Assembly (NCBI GenBank): GCA_963774265.1
Contig: CAVZDU010000001.1
Span: forward strand, 640,001 to 704,000
DNA from: an uncultured Chloroflexia bacterium
GTDB lineage: Bacteria > Chloroflexota > Anaerolineae > CG2-30-64-16
Reading direction: 5' to 3'
DNA: 64,000 nucleotides
The position numbers were made by a program, and so were the translations under genes. This document shows, piece by piece, positions 20,161 through 30,162 of the stretch (the first letter of the stretch is position 1; every line of letters starts with the position of its first letter). The notes under the pieces were generated by a model. That model searched no databases. It saw only the letters and a list, made by a program, of their open reading frames with translations, and had not been told where the DNA came from.

Positions 20161-22491
20161 ATGACACAGGCCGAATTCCGCACCGCCAGGATCGTCGTGC
20201 TGATCCTGTATCTGGCGGTCGCAACCGCGTACAGCCTCGTGAACCCGGCCTTTGAGAGCCCGGATGAGCTGCTTCACTTCGACTATGTTGAATCGCTGTT
20301 GCGTACAGGCCACCTGCCGGTTGCGGTCCTTGGAACTGGTCCGCGTGAAGCGATGCTCACCGAACACTTCCAGGCGCCTCTGTATTACGCTGGCGGTGCG
20401 CTCCTCACAGCCTGGCTTCCGCCGGGACGCCCGGCGTCCGAGGTGATCGAGCGCAACCCGTTCTGGGCATGGCGCATCGGTGAGGTCGGCGTTGACAACA
20501 AGAGCCAGTTTCTTCACGGCCCCGAGCAGGACTTCCCCTGGGTTGGCCTCTGGCTGAGGCTGCACTTGCTCCGGTTCCTTTCGATCCTCGTGGGACTGAT
20601 CGCCGTCTGGCAGACAGGCGAATTTGCTCTCCTGCTTTGGCCGCGGCGTTATGAAACTGCACTGCTGGCGACAGGATTCGTTGCTCTCCTGCCGCAGTTC
20701 GTTTACCTGTCCAGCTCCGTCACCAATGATGTCGCGGTTGTGGCTCTCAGCGCTCTCTCCGCGGTGGCGCTCGGACGACTCCTGCGTTCGCTCTCCCGGA
20801 AATCCATCGATGCGCGCGGCGCGCTCTGGTTAGGACTCCTCTTGGGCTGTGGGGTCCTGGCCGAAGTCAGCCTGTTGTCAGCGGGCGCCGTGGCTTTGGG
20901 CATCTTGTTTCTGTATCTGTTCGTCAACAGGCGTTCGACACCCCGCCCATCGTGGAGCAACCTGGGCCTGGCGGGACTGACCGCAGGGGCCATCGCTGTT
21001 CCGTACCTTGTGCGCAACTGGCTGGTCTACGGAGAGGCCACGGGTCTCAGGCGAATGGACGAAATCTGGGGCCGCAGGGAGCCGCCCCTGACGCTGCAGG
21101 AAACGTTGCGGGAGGTGCCCAACATGTGGACCTCCTTCTGGGGTCGCTTTGGTTACGGACAGATACCGGTCCCAAATGCGATCTACCTGGCCTGTCTGAT
21201 CGTGACCGTGATCGCGCTGGTTGGGCTGACCCTGGGCATGGTCGGACAGGCCCGCACGCTCTCGCTCTCTTCAAAATGGCCGCAGGCCATCCCGTGGCGC
21301 GACGGCAGGATCTGGCTGTTTGTTTATGCCGTCCTGCTGGCGATAACATTAATTGTCGCGCTCCTCAGGTACGCCGGGATCAGCCCGACGGGGTCATTTG
21401 GCCGTGAGTCATTCGCGGCCCTGCCGGCTGATGCAGTCCTGCTCGCCGCGGGTTGGACCGAAGTCGTCGCCGCTGCCCGACGGCGGGCTGTTGCACTATC
21501 TGTGTCATTCCTGATGCTCGTATTCAGCCTCTGGACGCTGGTGGCCATCCTGCGGCCCGCCTATGTGCTGCCCACGCGGGCGTTCGCGACTTCGGGCGGG
21601 CCGATCACTCCGCCTTCGGCGCAAGCCGGCTTGCGCCTGGGCGATGTGGCGACCCTGAGCAAGGTCACGCTCCTCAACCCGACCCTTGCGCCGGGTGAAG
21701 ATGCCCTGGTGGAAGTCGAATGGTTGCCGCTGCGAAGGACAGCTACGCCTTTGATCTTTTTCGCGCGCCTGGTGAGCCCGGACAACAAGCTGCTGGGCGA
21801 CAGGGATTCTTATCCCGGCTTGGGCCGGATCAGCACGACCTTCTGGAAACCTGGCGAGGTCTTCACGGATATCTATCGAGTGCCCGTGGACGAGAACGCG
21901 GCGCGCGAGGCTTCACCGGCGCAGGTCCGGGTGTGGGTAGGTCTCTACGATCGGGCGGCAGATACGATCCTGCCGGCTGTGGACTGGCCGTCAGGTAATT
22001 CAGTCGCCGGGATTGTGGCAGAGGGCAGGTTGCCCGCGGATCGAAGGCAGGGGGACAAGGAGCCAAGCCCCGCACCGGCCAGGTTCGGGGATAACCTTGA
22101 ATTGTCCGCCGCGCATTTCCCCGCCACCTTGCAGCCGGGCGCCACCGTGCCGATCACACTGGAATGGACTGTCTTGAACCCACCCCCGTACGACTGCAAG
22201 CTGTTCATCCACCTGGCGCCAATAGATCAGGTCAGGTCAGTGGCGCAGGTCGATGAGCCAATCATGCGAGACCGCTATCCGAGACGTCTGTGGGCCTCAG
22301 GAGAGAAACTCGAGGACACCCATCGGATCGATATCCCGGCAACGCTGGCGCCAGGGACCTACCGGTTCCTGGTCGGGATCTACCGCGAGGAGCCAGGATG
22401 GCCGCGCTTGCCCGTAATGACCGCGGCCGGCCGTGTGCCGGAAGACGCCTACGTGCTGGGCACCGTGCAGGTAGTTGGCGCACCGCGGTGA
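20161..22491 (+). CDS. GT-C fold membrane glycosyltransferase-like protein (DUF2142/PMT-like) with C-terminal beta domains
   Basis: ESPDELLHFDY, QAPLYY, VTND and SFWGRFG motifs; many TM segments. Confidence 0.75.
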   Translation: MTQAEFRTARIVVLILYLAVATAYSLVNPAFESPDELLHFDYVESLLRTGHLPVAVLGTGPREAMLTEHFQAPLYYAGGALLTAWLPPGRPASEVIERNPFWAWRIGEVGVDNKSQFLHGPEQDFPWVGLWLRLHLLRFLSILVGLIAVWQTGEFALLLWPRRYETALLATGFVALLPQFVYLSSSVTNDVAVVALSALSAVALGRLLRSLSRKSIDARGALWLGLLLGCGVLAEVSLLSAGAVALGILFLYLFVNRRSTPRPSWSNLGLAGLTAGAIAVPYLVRNWLVYGEATGLRRMDEIWGRREPPLTLQETLREVPNMWTSFWGRFGYGQIPVPNAIYLACLIVTVIALVGLTLGMVGQARTLSLSSKWPQAIPWRDGRIWLFVYAVLLAITLIVALLRYAGISPTGSFGRESFAALPADAVLLAAGWTEVVAAARRRAVALSVSFLMLVFSLWTLVAILRPAYVLPTRAFATSGGPITPPSAQAGLRLGDVATLSKVTLLNPTLAPGEDALVEVEWLPLRRTATPLIFFARLVSPDNKLLGDRDSYPGLGRISTTFWKPGEVFTDIYRVPVDENAAREASPAQVRVWVGLYDRAADTILPAVDWPSGNSVAGIVAEGRLPADRRQGDKEPSPAPARFGDNLELSAAHFPATLQPGATVPITLEWTVLNPPPYDCKLFIHLAPIDQVRSVAQVDEPIMRDRYPRRLWASGEKLEDTHRIDIPATLAPGTYRFLVGIYREEPGWPRLPVMTAAGRVPEDAYVLGTVQVVGAPR

Positions 22492-22511
22492 GCTTCTCAG
22501 TGGTCGCCGCG

Positions 22512-22545
22512 AACCTGCAACCTGCAACCCGTAACCTGCAACCGT
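22512..22545 (+). repeat. Short tandem heptamer repeat AACCTGC, about 5 units
   Basis: AACCTGC AACCTGC AACCCGT AACCTGC AACCGT. Confidence 0.7.
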
Positions 22546-22554
22546 AGGTAAACC

Positions 22555-23886
22555 ATGCCCATCAATCCGCTCCAGCACATCGCCATGCTCAGCGTCCACA
22601 CCTGTCCCCTCGCCACCCTGGGCGGCAAGGAGACGGGTGGCATGAACGTCTACGTGCGCGAGCTCGCGCGGGAGTTAGGAAACCGCGGGCTCGCCGTGGA
22701 CGTGTTCACGCGCTCCCAGGATGAAAACATCAAGCGCATCAGCACGCGGCTCGGCAATGCAGTGCGCGTCATCCACCTGCCAGCCGGTCCGGAGCGGCCT
22801 TACAACAAGAACGAAATCTACAACCACCTGCCCGAGTTCGTCGATGGTGTGCGCCGTTTCGCCGCCGTGGAGGGCATCACCTACGATGTCCTCCACAGCC
22901 ATTACTGGCTCTCGGGCCTCGCGGCGCATGACCTGCGCGAATCGTGGGGCGCGCCCATCGTCCACATGTTTCACACCCTGGCCGAGCTGAAGAACCAGGT
23001 CGCTGCGACCCCGGCTGAGTTGGAGCCGCCCTTGCGCAGCGGATGCGAAGGGGAGATCATGCGCTTTGCCGACGCCATCATCGCGGCCACGACCCTGGAA
23101 CGGGATCAGATGGCTGGCCTTTATGGCGCCGACCCCGCCAGCATTCACATCGTACCGCCTGGCGTCGACCTGGATTTGTTCCGGCCCATCCCATGCAAGG
23201 AGGCGCGCGCTGCCATCGGCATCCCACCCGAGCACCAGATGGTCCTCTTCGTCGGTCGCATCCAGCCGATCAAGGGGATCGACACATTGATTCGCGCGCT
23301 GGCGGTGTTGCTGCGCAAGGAGCCGCACCTTGCTGGCAAGCTGTGCGTGGTCATCATCGGCGGCGCGGGCGATCCCGCGGCGGACGGCGAGTTGGCGCGG
23401 CTCCAGGCGTTGGAGCAGGAGCTCGGCATCGACGACCTCGTCACCTTCCTGGGCTCGCGCGACCAGGACACCCTGGTTAACTACTACAACGCGGCCATGA
23501 TCGTGGTCGTTCCATCGCACTACGAGTCATTCGGCATGGTCGCACTGGAGGCGATGGCCTGCGGCACGCCGGTGATTGCGTCGGACGTCGGCGGGCTGTC
23601 GCTCAACATCGCCGATGGGTTCAACGGTTACCTGGTGCCCAAGGGCGATGTGGGCGAGCTGGCCTACAAGATGGAGTTGCTGCTGGAGCACGACACGCTG
23701 CGCAGCCAGTTGGGCAGTCAGGCGTGCCAGTGGGCTCAGCGTTTCTCCTGGCAGACCATCGCCGACGAGACCCTCGCGGTCTACGCCCATGCGATGGGGC
23801 GGCCCGAGTCGGACCTCAGCCCCTATCTGTCTGCGCGCAGGGGTGGGCAGGCGCAGCTGCCGGACGTGGAGCGCGAATGTCCCTGA
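22555..23886 (+). CDS. GT4 glycosyltransferase, MshA-like
   Basis: SVHTCPL...GGMNVYV, HSHYWLSG, FHTLA, FVGRIQPIKG and ESFGMVALEAMACGTPV motifs. Confidence 0.88.
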   Translation: MPINPLQHIAMLSVHTCPLATLGGKETGGMNVYVRELARELGNRGLAVDVFTRSQDENIKRISTRLGNAVRVIHLPAGPERPYNKNEIYNHLPEFVDGVRRFAAVEGITYDVLHSHYWLSGLAAHDLRESWGAPIVHMFHTLAELKNQVAATPAELEPPLRSGCEGEIMRFADAIIAATTLERDQMAGLYGADPASIHIVPPGVDLDLFRPIPCKEARAAIGIPPEHQMVLFVGRIQPIKGIDTLIRALAVLLRKEPHLAGKLCVVIIGGAGDPAADGELARLQALEQELGIDDLVTFLGSRDQDTLVNYYNAAMIVVVPSHYESFGMVALEAMACGTPVIASDVGGLSLNIADGFNGYLVPKGDVGELAYKMELLLEHDTLRSQLGSQACQWAQRFSWQTIADETLAVYAHAMGRPESDLSPYLSARRGGQAQLPDVERECP

Positions 23887-24527
23887 AAGCGGTGATCTTC
23901 GATTTTGGGGGTGTGTTGGTCCGCACCCGCAGCCAGGACCTGCGGTCGCGGTGGGAGCATCGGCTGGGACTGGCCCCCGGGGAAGCCTCTGACATTGTCT
24001 TCGGCGGCGAAAGCGGCATGGCCGCCCAGCACGGCCACATCACAGATGAGAGGCACTGGCGCTGGGTCGCGCAGCGGCTGGACTTGGGCCCCGAGGACCT
24101 CGCCGCGTTTCGGCACGACTTCTTTGCGGAGGACAGCCTCGACACGGAACTGCTGGCCTACGTAGATCGCCTGCACGGCGCGGGATATCACCTCGGCCTG
24201 CTCAGCAACATGGCCGACAACGCTCGGGTGATTTTCGGCGAGAAGTACGAGATCCTGTCCCACTTCGACAGTGTGACGATCTCATCCGAGGAAGGGATCA
24301 TGAAACCTGACGCGGCTATTTTTGAGATCGCGTTGGCGCGTGCGGGGGTCGACCCTGGCGAGGCGGTCTTTGTGGATGATTTCGTGGCCAATGTTGAAGG
24401 CGCACGCCGGGTGGGGATGCTGGGCATCCACTTCCGGGACACGAAGCAGGCGGTGGCCGAGCTGGCTGCGCTGACCGGGGTAGATTTCCAGGGTGTCCTG
24501 CGCCGCTACGACACAAGCCGCTGTTGA
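23877..24527 (+). CDS. HAD-superfamily phosphatase
   Basis: AVIFDFGGVL, LLSN, MKPD and FVDD motifs; overlaps the GT4 stop. Confidence 0.88.
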   Translation: MSLKAVIFDFGGVLVRTRSQDLRSRWEHRLGLAPGEASDIVFGGESGMAAQHGHITDERHWRWVAQRLDLGPEDLAAFRHDFFAEDSLDTELLAYVDRLHGAGYHLGLLSNMADNARVIFGEKYEILSHFDSVTISSEEGIMKPDAAIFEIALARAGVDPGEAVFVDDFVANVEGARRVGMLGIHFRDTKQAVAELAALTGVDFQGVLRRYDTSRC

Positions 24528-25159
24528 TTCGTGGCTGGCGAACGTCCCGGGCCTGCTCCCCTGCGTTTGCGCCAGTTGATCAAAAAACGACGCACGAAGC
24601 CAAGCCGGGCCAGCAGTCCCAATCCGATGATCCCGCCCCAGATCAGCGGCTCCCGTATGTCGGATTTCACCGCCCACGCATAGTGGACGATGACCAGTCC
24701 GCCTGCTCCGTACACCAGGCGGTGCAGCGTCCGCCACGCCTTGCCCAGCCGCTTCTGCCAGCCCTTTGTAGACGTCAGGGCCAACGGCATGAGGATCAGC
24801 AGGGCCGCCAAACCCACGAAGATGTATCTTTTGCCTGCCACGTCGGCCCACAGGAGCCTGAGGTTGAGGCCATAATCCAGCCCGATGAACGTCAGGAAGT
24901 GCAGGGCCGCGTAACCGAACGCGTACAGTCCCAGCGGCCGCCGCCAGCGCACGGGGCGCGCCCAGCCGGTGATCGTATTGAGCGGCGTGCACCACAGCGA
25001 GAGCACCAGCAGGATCAAGGCGGCCTTTCCCGTGCGTTGCTCGATATCCTGGATAGGATTGACCGACAGCCGCCCCGTGGCCGCGTCAAACAATAGCCAC
25101 GCGATCGGGATGAGCGCAGCCGCATGGATCACTGCCTGCCAAACCCGGACCTTGCGCAT
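24506..25159 (-). CDS. msrQ: Methionine sulfoxide reductase heme-binding subunit
   Basis: RRPLGLYAFGYAALH, LALTS and WRTLHRLVY motifs. Confidence 0.92.
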   Translation of the reverse strand: MRKVRVWQAVIHAAALIPIAWLLFDAATGRLSVNPIQDIEQRTGKAALILLVLSLWCTPLNTITGWARPVRWRRPLGLYAFGYAALHFLTFIGLDYGLNLRLLWADVAGKRYIFVGLAALLILMPLALTSTKGWQKRLGKAWRTLHRLVYGAGGLVIVHYAWAVKSDIREPLIWGGIIGLGLLARLGFVRRFLINWRKRRGAGPGRSPATNQQRLVS

Positions 25160-26160
25160 CAGTAGTTGGCCTGCAGGTCCATCCCCGTGTACAGGCTCGC
25201 CACCTGTTCGGTGTAGCCGTTGAACATCAGCGTCTCGCGGCGCCCACCCTCTCCGATGCGTCGCTCGGACGCCTGCGACCAGCGCGGATGCGCTACATCG
25301 GGATTGACGTTGGCATAGAAGCCATATTCGTTCGGAGCCGCAGTCATCCATAACGATCTGGGCATTTCGGCAACAAGGTCGATCTTGACAATGGATTTAA
25401 TGCTCTTGAACCCATACTTCCACGGGACGACCAGGCGAATCGGCGCACCGTTTTGTGGAAGCAGCACCTTCCCATAGAGTCCCACCGACAAGATCGCGAG
25501 ATCATTCATCGCCTCATCGAGGCGTAAGCCCTCGACGTAGGGCCATTGATACCACCCGGACCGTTGGCCGGGCATGCGCTCGGCGTCGAGCAGCGTCTCA
25601 AAGCGTACGTACTTCGCGTCGCCGGTCGGCTCGACCTCCTTGAGCAGCTTTGCCAGCGGGAAGCCCAGCCACGGGATGACCATCGACCACGCTTCCACGC
25701 AACGCAGCCGGTAAATCCGTTCCTCGGGTGTGAACCTGCCCATCAGGTCCTCGACGGCATAGGTCTTGGGCTTATTGACCAGTCCGCCCACTGCCAGCGT
25801 CCACGGCGACGTCACGAAGCCGGTGGCGTTTTTCGCAGGGTCGTCTTTGCCCATGCCGAACTCGTAGAAGTTGTTGTAGGTGGTCACCGCCTCGTACGAA
25901 GTGAGGCCGTCGCCCAACTCGTCTTTAGCGCTGCTCGCCTTTGGCTCAGCCTGGGGGAGAGGCGTCGAGCCCTCCGTAGGAAGTGGTGTGTTGCTGTTGC
26001 GCGTCGCTGCTGCGGCTGACGTAGCGGCAGGCTGTGGTGGAGCACACCCACTCAAAGCCAGCGCGCCGGCTGCCATGGCTGCACCTTTCATGAACTGCCG
26101 CCGGTTCAGAAAAACCCATTCGGGGGTGATCTCGGATGATGGAATAACCGGTAACTTCAT
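25159..26160 (-). CDS. msrP: Methionine sulfoxide reductase molybdo-catalytic subunit (Tat signal, possible lipoprotein)
   Basis: [30 protein letters not shown] and [10 protein letters not shown] motifs. Confidence 0.95.
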   Translation of the reverse strand: MKLPVIPSSEITPEWVFLNRRQFMKGAAMAAGALALSGCAPPQPAATSAAAATRNSNTPLPTEGSTPLPQAEPKASSAKDELGDGLTSYEAVTTYNNFYEFGMGKDDPAKNATGFVTSPWTLAVGGLVNKPKTYAVEDLMGRFTPEERIYRLRCVEAWSMVIPWLGFPLAKLLKEVEPTGDAKYVRFETLLDAERMPGQRSGWYQWPYVEGLRLDEAMNDLAILSVGLYGKVLLPQNGAPIRLVVPWKYGFKSIKSIVKIDLVAEMPRSLWMTAAPNEYGFYANVNPDVAHPRWSQASERRIGEGGRRETLMFNGYTEQVASLYTGMDLQANY

Positions 26161-26213
26161 ATCATTGCACTCCTTGCCATTATGTATCATAAGCTACGAT
26201 AATGAATCCTGCC

Positions 26214-26251
26214 TTAAGAGAGTATTACGGGCACGTTAGGCGGTCTGTAAG
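26214..26251 (-). promoter_or_regulatory. Four direct repeats at 11-bp period upstream of msrP (OmpR-type binding site candidate)
   Basis: TTAAG 26214, TTACG 26225, TTAGG 26236, GTAAG 26247. Confidence 0.5.
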
Positions 26252-26310
26252 CCACTTCCCCCCAATGGCGACAGGTTCCGTGTGGTAGAATGGCGGGCGG
26301 GGGTGACAAC

Positions 26311-27285
26311 GTGCGCAAATGGTTCGGTTGGCTCATCGGAGCTGCGATCGGCGGGGGCGCGGGACTGGCGCTTTACGCGCATCGCGTGGAACACGCGCGC
26401 GTCTCACTCGATCGCTTCACGGTTACCATCGACAAGCCAGGCATACCCGTGGCGGGGCTGACCATCCTCCACCTCTCTGACTTTCACTTCCGCGCTGTCG
26501 ATTCTGTGCAGGAGGTGCGTCTTGCCAGGCTCCGGGCGCTGCTCGCCGGCGAACACTACGATATCGTGGCCTTCACGGGCGACCTCATCCATGACCGCGC
26601 CGGCGCCATGCGTGCATTAGTCTTTCTGGCCGAATTGCAGCCCTCGCTCGGCGCGTTCTCGGTGCCCGGCAATCGTGACTACTGGGAGTCGAGCTTCAAG
26701 GCAGTCTTTGCCACACCCGATGAACGCCGGGGCCTGTCGACTGGGGGCCGGTTGCGTCTGACAGTTCGCAAAATACGGCGGACGCTGCGCATGTTTGCTG
26801 GCAACCAGCGTGCCGCCCTGCGGTTTCGCGCCAATGATGTCCTGGCGATGCACGAGGCGCTCCGGCTACAAGGGGTCGAACCGCTCGTCAACAGGGCCGT
26901 GAACATTATCGGAAAGGGCTGTGATCTGTGGCTGGCTGGCGTTGACGATCTCACGCAGGGTCAGCCCGACCTGGTTTCGGCCCTTGCTCCTGTGCCGCCA
27001 AACGCGCCGCTCGTGCTCCTGGCCCACAATCCCGATATCTGGTTGGACGAAAGTGCCCGGCGCGTCGATCTGATCTTATCCGGGCACACGCACGGGGGGC
27101 AACTCCGGCTCCCGATTTTGGGCGCGTGGTATCGGCAGGGCACGCACCTCAGCCGGCGCCAGGCGGCTGGATGGTTCGAAGGGGATGGTAGGCGCATGTT
27201 TGTGAGTCGCGGCCTGGGCGAAAGCTTTCCGTTTAGGCTGGGCGCGCAGCCCCAGGCAGCGTTGATCCGGCTCGTACGGGCGTAA
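26311..27285 (+). CDS. Metallophosphoesterase (YkuE-like), copy 1
   Basis: HLSDFH, TGDL, PGNRD, LAHNPD and SGHTHGGQ motifs; N-terminal TM. Confidence 0.88.
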   Translation: MRKWFGWLIGAAIGGGAGLALYAHRVEHARVSLDRFTVTIDKPGIPVAGLTILHLSDFHFRAVDSVQEVRLARLRALLAGEHYDIVAFTGDLIHDRAGAMRALVFLAELQPSLGAFSVPGNRDYWESSFKAVFATPDERRGLSTGGRLRLTVRKIRRTLRMFAGNQRAALRFRANDVLAMHEALRLQGVEPLVNRAVNIIGKGCDLWLAGVDDLTQGQPDLVSALAPVPPNAPLVLLAHNPDIWLDESARRVDLILSGHTHGGQLRLPILGAWYRQGTHLSRRQAAGWFEGDGRRMFVSRGLGESFPFRLGAQPQAALIRLVRA

Positions 27286-27297
27286 CGGGGAAATCTC

Positions 27298-28281
27298 TTG
27301 AAACGTTGGATTCTTGGCGGCCTCCTGGGAGCCATCAGCGCGGGCGGCATGGCCCTTCTTTATGCGATGACGGTCGAGCGCGAACGCGTTCAACTGGATC
27401 GATTCACCGTGCGGTTGGATTCGAAGCGCCTGCCGCCGAATGGGCTCACGATCCTGCACTTGTCGGACTTCCATTTCAAGGCGGATGGCCGGGTTCAGGC
27501 GCGCAAAGTCGCCCATCTGCAAACACTGCTGGCACGCGAGCACTTCGACGTAGTCGCACTGACCGGCGACCTCATCCACGACATCGGCGGGCTGCCCGGG
27601 GCGATGGCCTTGATCGAATCGCTATGTCCGTGTTTGGGGCTCTATTTCGTGCCGGGCAATCATGATTACGCCGAGTATACGCCTTGGGGCGTGTTCGGTC
27701 ACACGTGGCGCGAGAACGCTCAGGGGGATGCGAGCGCGCGCGACCTGCGGCACGCAATTAGCGCGTTGCTGGACTTCGTCGGCAAAGTAGCTCGTAACGA
27801 CCTGGTTCGCATGCCGGTGTGCTTCAATGACGTGCCCGCCATGCTGGAGGCGTTGTCAACCTTGGGTGTCCAACCGCTGGTAAACACATCGACGCGGCTG
27901 TCGGTTGATGGCGTGGATGTCTGGTTCGCCGGCGTGGACGATGAGTTGGAAGGTCAGTCCGACCTGGCCGCGGCCCTGGGGGACATCCCGCTGGCCGCAC
28001 CCCTGGTGCTGCTGGCGCACAACCCGGACATTTGGCTCCAGGACGGCGTGGATCGGGCGGACCTCGTCTTATCCGGCCACACGCACGGAGGACAGATCCA
28101 GCTGCCGATTATAGGGGCCGTCCATACGCAGGGCACGCACCTGCGGCGCAGTCAGCCCGCCGGCTGGTTTGAGCGCGGGCGATCCAGGATGTTCGTGAGC
28201 CGTGGACTGGGGGAGAGCATTCCGCTTCGCTTTCGAGCGCGTCCGCAGGTGGCCCTGATGCACTTGATAGGCTCAAAGTAA
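27298..28281 (+). CDS. Metallophosphoesterase (YkuE-like), copy 2
   Basis: HLSDFH, TGDL, PGNHD, LAHNPD and SGHTHGGQ motifs. Confidence 0.9.
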   Translation: MKRWILGGLLGAISAGGMALLYAMTVERERVQLDRFTVRLDSKRLPPNGLTILHLSDFHFKADGRVQARKVAHLQTLLAREHFDVVALTGDLIHDIGGLPGAMALIESLCPCLGLYFVPGNHDYAEYTPWGVFGHTWRENAQGDASARDLRHAISALLDFVGKVARNDLVRMPVCFNDVPAMLEALSTLGVQPLVNTSTRLSVDGVDVWFAGVDDELEGQSDLAAALGDIPLAAPLVLLAHNPDIWLQDGVDRADLVLSGHTHGGQIQLPIIGAVHTQGTHLRRSQPAGWFERGRSRMFVSRGLGESIPLRFRARPQVALMHLIGSK

Positions 28282-28321
28282 CGACTTCAGTCTCCCTCGT
28301 TTCAGCAACTGAAGTCGTTAC
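28278..28321. repeat. 14-bp inverted repeat between convergent genes (REP-like or terminator)
   Basis: GTAACGACTTCAGT and ACTGAAGTCGTTAC. Confidence 0.7.
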
Positions 28322-28360
28322 GATATGACCAAGTAGTCCTGTAGCGGACGCCTGTCAGGG

Positions 28361-30142
28361 TCACGCGTCCTCAGACCGCCAGAGCGCGGGTGGCCGCTCG
28401 TAGACCAGCCCTCGCTTGGTGTCCATCACGATATGCATTCCATCCTCGAATGGGCCGATCCCCTCGGTAACGCCCACTACGGCCGGGAGGCCCATCTCCA
28501 GTGCAATCAACCGGCAGTGTGAGTTAGCGCCGGTGTCTGCTGTGATCAGCCCTGCCGAACGATGTAAGGCTGGCAGGAATGTGCGATCCGTTCGGTCCGT
28601 GACAATGATCTCATCCGGCTCGATCGCGATATCGGAGGGCACAGGCGAGGCCAATCGCCGCACCCGTCCGATCACCTTGCGGTCGCCCAGGCCCAGGCCA
28701 TGGGCCAGGATGCACTCGATCAAGTGGATCTTCATCAGGTTGGTGGTCCCGCCGCCACCCTCGACCGATCCGCCGGTTACCACCAGCACATCACCCTCTC
28801 TGACATAACCGGCTTTCTGGGCCGCCTCCACCGCGTCAGCAATGACCGCATCTGTGTTCGCGCCCCGGTGCGAGAGGAGAGGATAGACGCCCCAGAAGAG
28901 CACAAGCTCACGCTGTGCAAAGGGATTGGGCGTAACGGCAATGATAGGGCAGGGCGGCCGGAACCGCGATACCGAACGGGCCGTTGAGCCGGATACTGTC
29001 GGCGTAATGATGGCTGCCGCGCTCAGGTCCAGGGCCGTTTCAACTGATGCGTGTGACACCGCCTCGGCGAATGTGCGTCCGGCTTTGGCCGAGAATTCCT
29101 TGTGGCTCACCTTGAATTGCGCCGCCTCCGCTTCCTGGGCAATGCGCACCATCGTTTGCACGGCCTGCAGGGGATACTTGCCCGATGCGGTCTCGCCCGA
29201 CAACATGATCGCATCGGATCCGTCCAATATCGCGTTCGCGACGTCGGAGGCCTCTGCACGCGTGGGCCGCGGGTTGCGGATCATAGAATCCAGCATCTGT
29301 GTGGCAGTGATGACCGGTTTGCCGACCGCGTTGCATTTAGCAATGATCGTCTTCTGCAGCATGGGCACGGCCTCAGGCGATATTTCGATGCCCAGGTCCC
29401 CGCGCGCGACCATGATGCCGTCCGATGCAGTGATAATCTCGTCGATATTATTGATCGCCTCGGGTTTTTCGATCTTTGAGATTACAGGGGTCTGACGACC
29501 GAAGGCCGACAGTTGGCGGATGTTGGCTTTGAGTTCCCAGACTTCTTGGGCCGAGCGGACGAATGACAGCGCGATCCAGTCGATTCCCTGGTCGATGGCA
29601 AATGCCAGGTTCTCCCGGTCTTTGTCGGTGATGGCTGGAATGCTGAGCGCCGCGCGGGGAAGATTGAGGCCCTTGTTCGAGTTGAGCACTCCGTCGACAC
29701 TCACGCGAGTGATGATCTCGGTCCCCTGCACCTCCGTAACGACGACCTCCAGCAGTCCGTCGTCAATGAGAATGCGGTCGCCCGCAGCCACGACCTTCGG
29801 CAGGTGCTCGTACTGCACTGGCACGCGACCGGGTTCGCCGACGATGTCGTCCGTCGTCATCACCAACGTCTCGCCTGCTTTGAGGGGAACGCCTCCATCC
29901 TGCATTTTGCCGACTCTTAGCTTTGGCCCCTGGAGGTCACCCAAAATGGCCACCGCTTTATCGGCTTGTGCAGCGGCCTCTCGAATTCGCTGGATCGACT
30001 CGGCATGCGTAGCCTGGTCGCCGTGCGAAAAATTGATCCGGGCCACATCCATGCCTGCCCGAATGAGCTGGGCTAGCTGCTCTGGTTCCCGGCTGGCAGG
30101 TCCGATCGTGCAAACGATTTTTGTGCGCAAGAGTGACAGCAT
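28361..30142 (-). CDS. pyk: Pyruvate kinase with a C-terminal PEP-utilising mobile domain
   Basis: TKIVCTIGPAS, ARINFSHG, DLQGPK, MVARGDLG, TATQML and MLSGETA motifs. Confidence 0.97.
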   Translation of the reverse strand: MLSLLRTKIVCTIGPASREPEQLAQLIRAGMDVARINFSHGDQATHAESIQRIREAAAQADKAVAILGDLQGPKLRVGKMQDGGVPLKAGETLVMTTDDIVGEPGRVPVQYEHLPKVVAAGDRILIDDGLLEVVVTEVQGTEIITRVSVDGVLNSNKGLNLPRAALSIPAITDKDRENLAFAIDQGIDWIALSFVRSAQEVWELKANIRQLSAFGRQTPVISKIEKPEAINNIDEIITASDGIMVARGDLGIEISPEAVPMLQKTIIAKCNAVGKPVITATQMLDSMIRNPRPTRAEASDVANAILDGSDAIMLSGETASGKYPLQAVQTMVRIAQEAEAAQFKVSHKEFSAKAGRTFAEAVSHASVETALDLSAAAIITPTVSGSTARSVSRFRPPCPIIAVTPNPFAQRELVLFWGVYPLLSHRGANTDAVIADAVEAAQKAGYVREGDVLVVTGGSVEGGGGTTNLMKIHLIECILAHGLGLGDRKVIGRVRRLASPVPSDIAIEPDEIIVTDRTDRTFLPALHRSAGLITADTGANSHCRLIALEMGLPAVVGVTEGIGPFEDGMHIVMDTKRGLVYERPPALWRSEDA

Positions 30143-30162
30143 TCTTCCTTCTCCTTATACAT

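Noticed and set aside
22512-22545. CRISPR array
   Set aside because: Only 7-bp tandem units without spacers are present, and there are no cas genes in the window.
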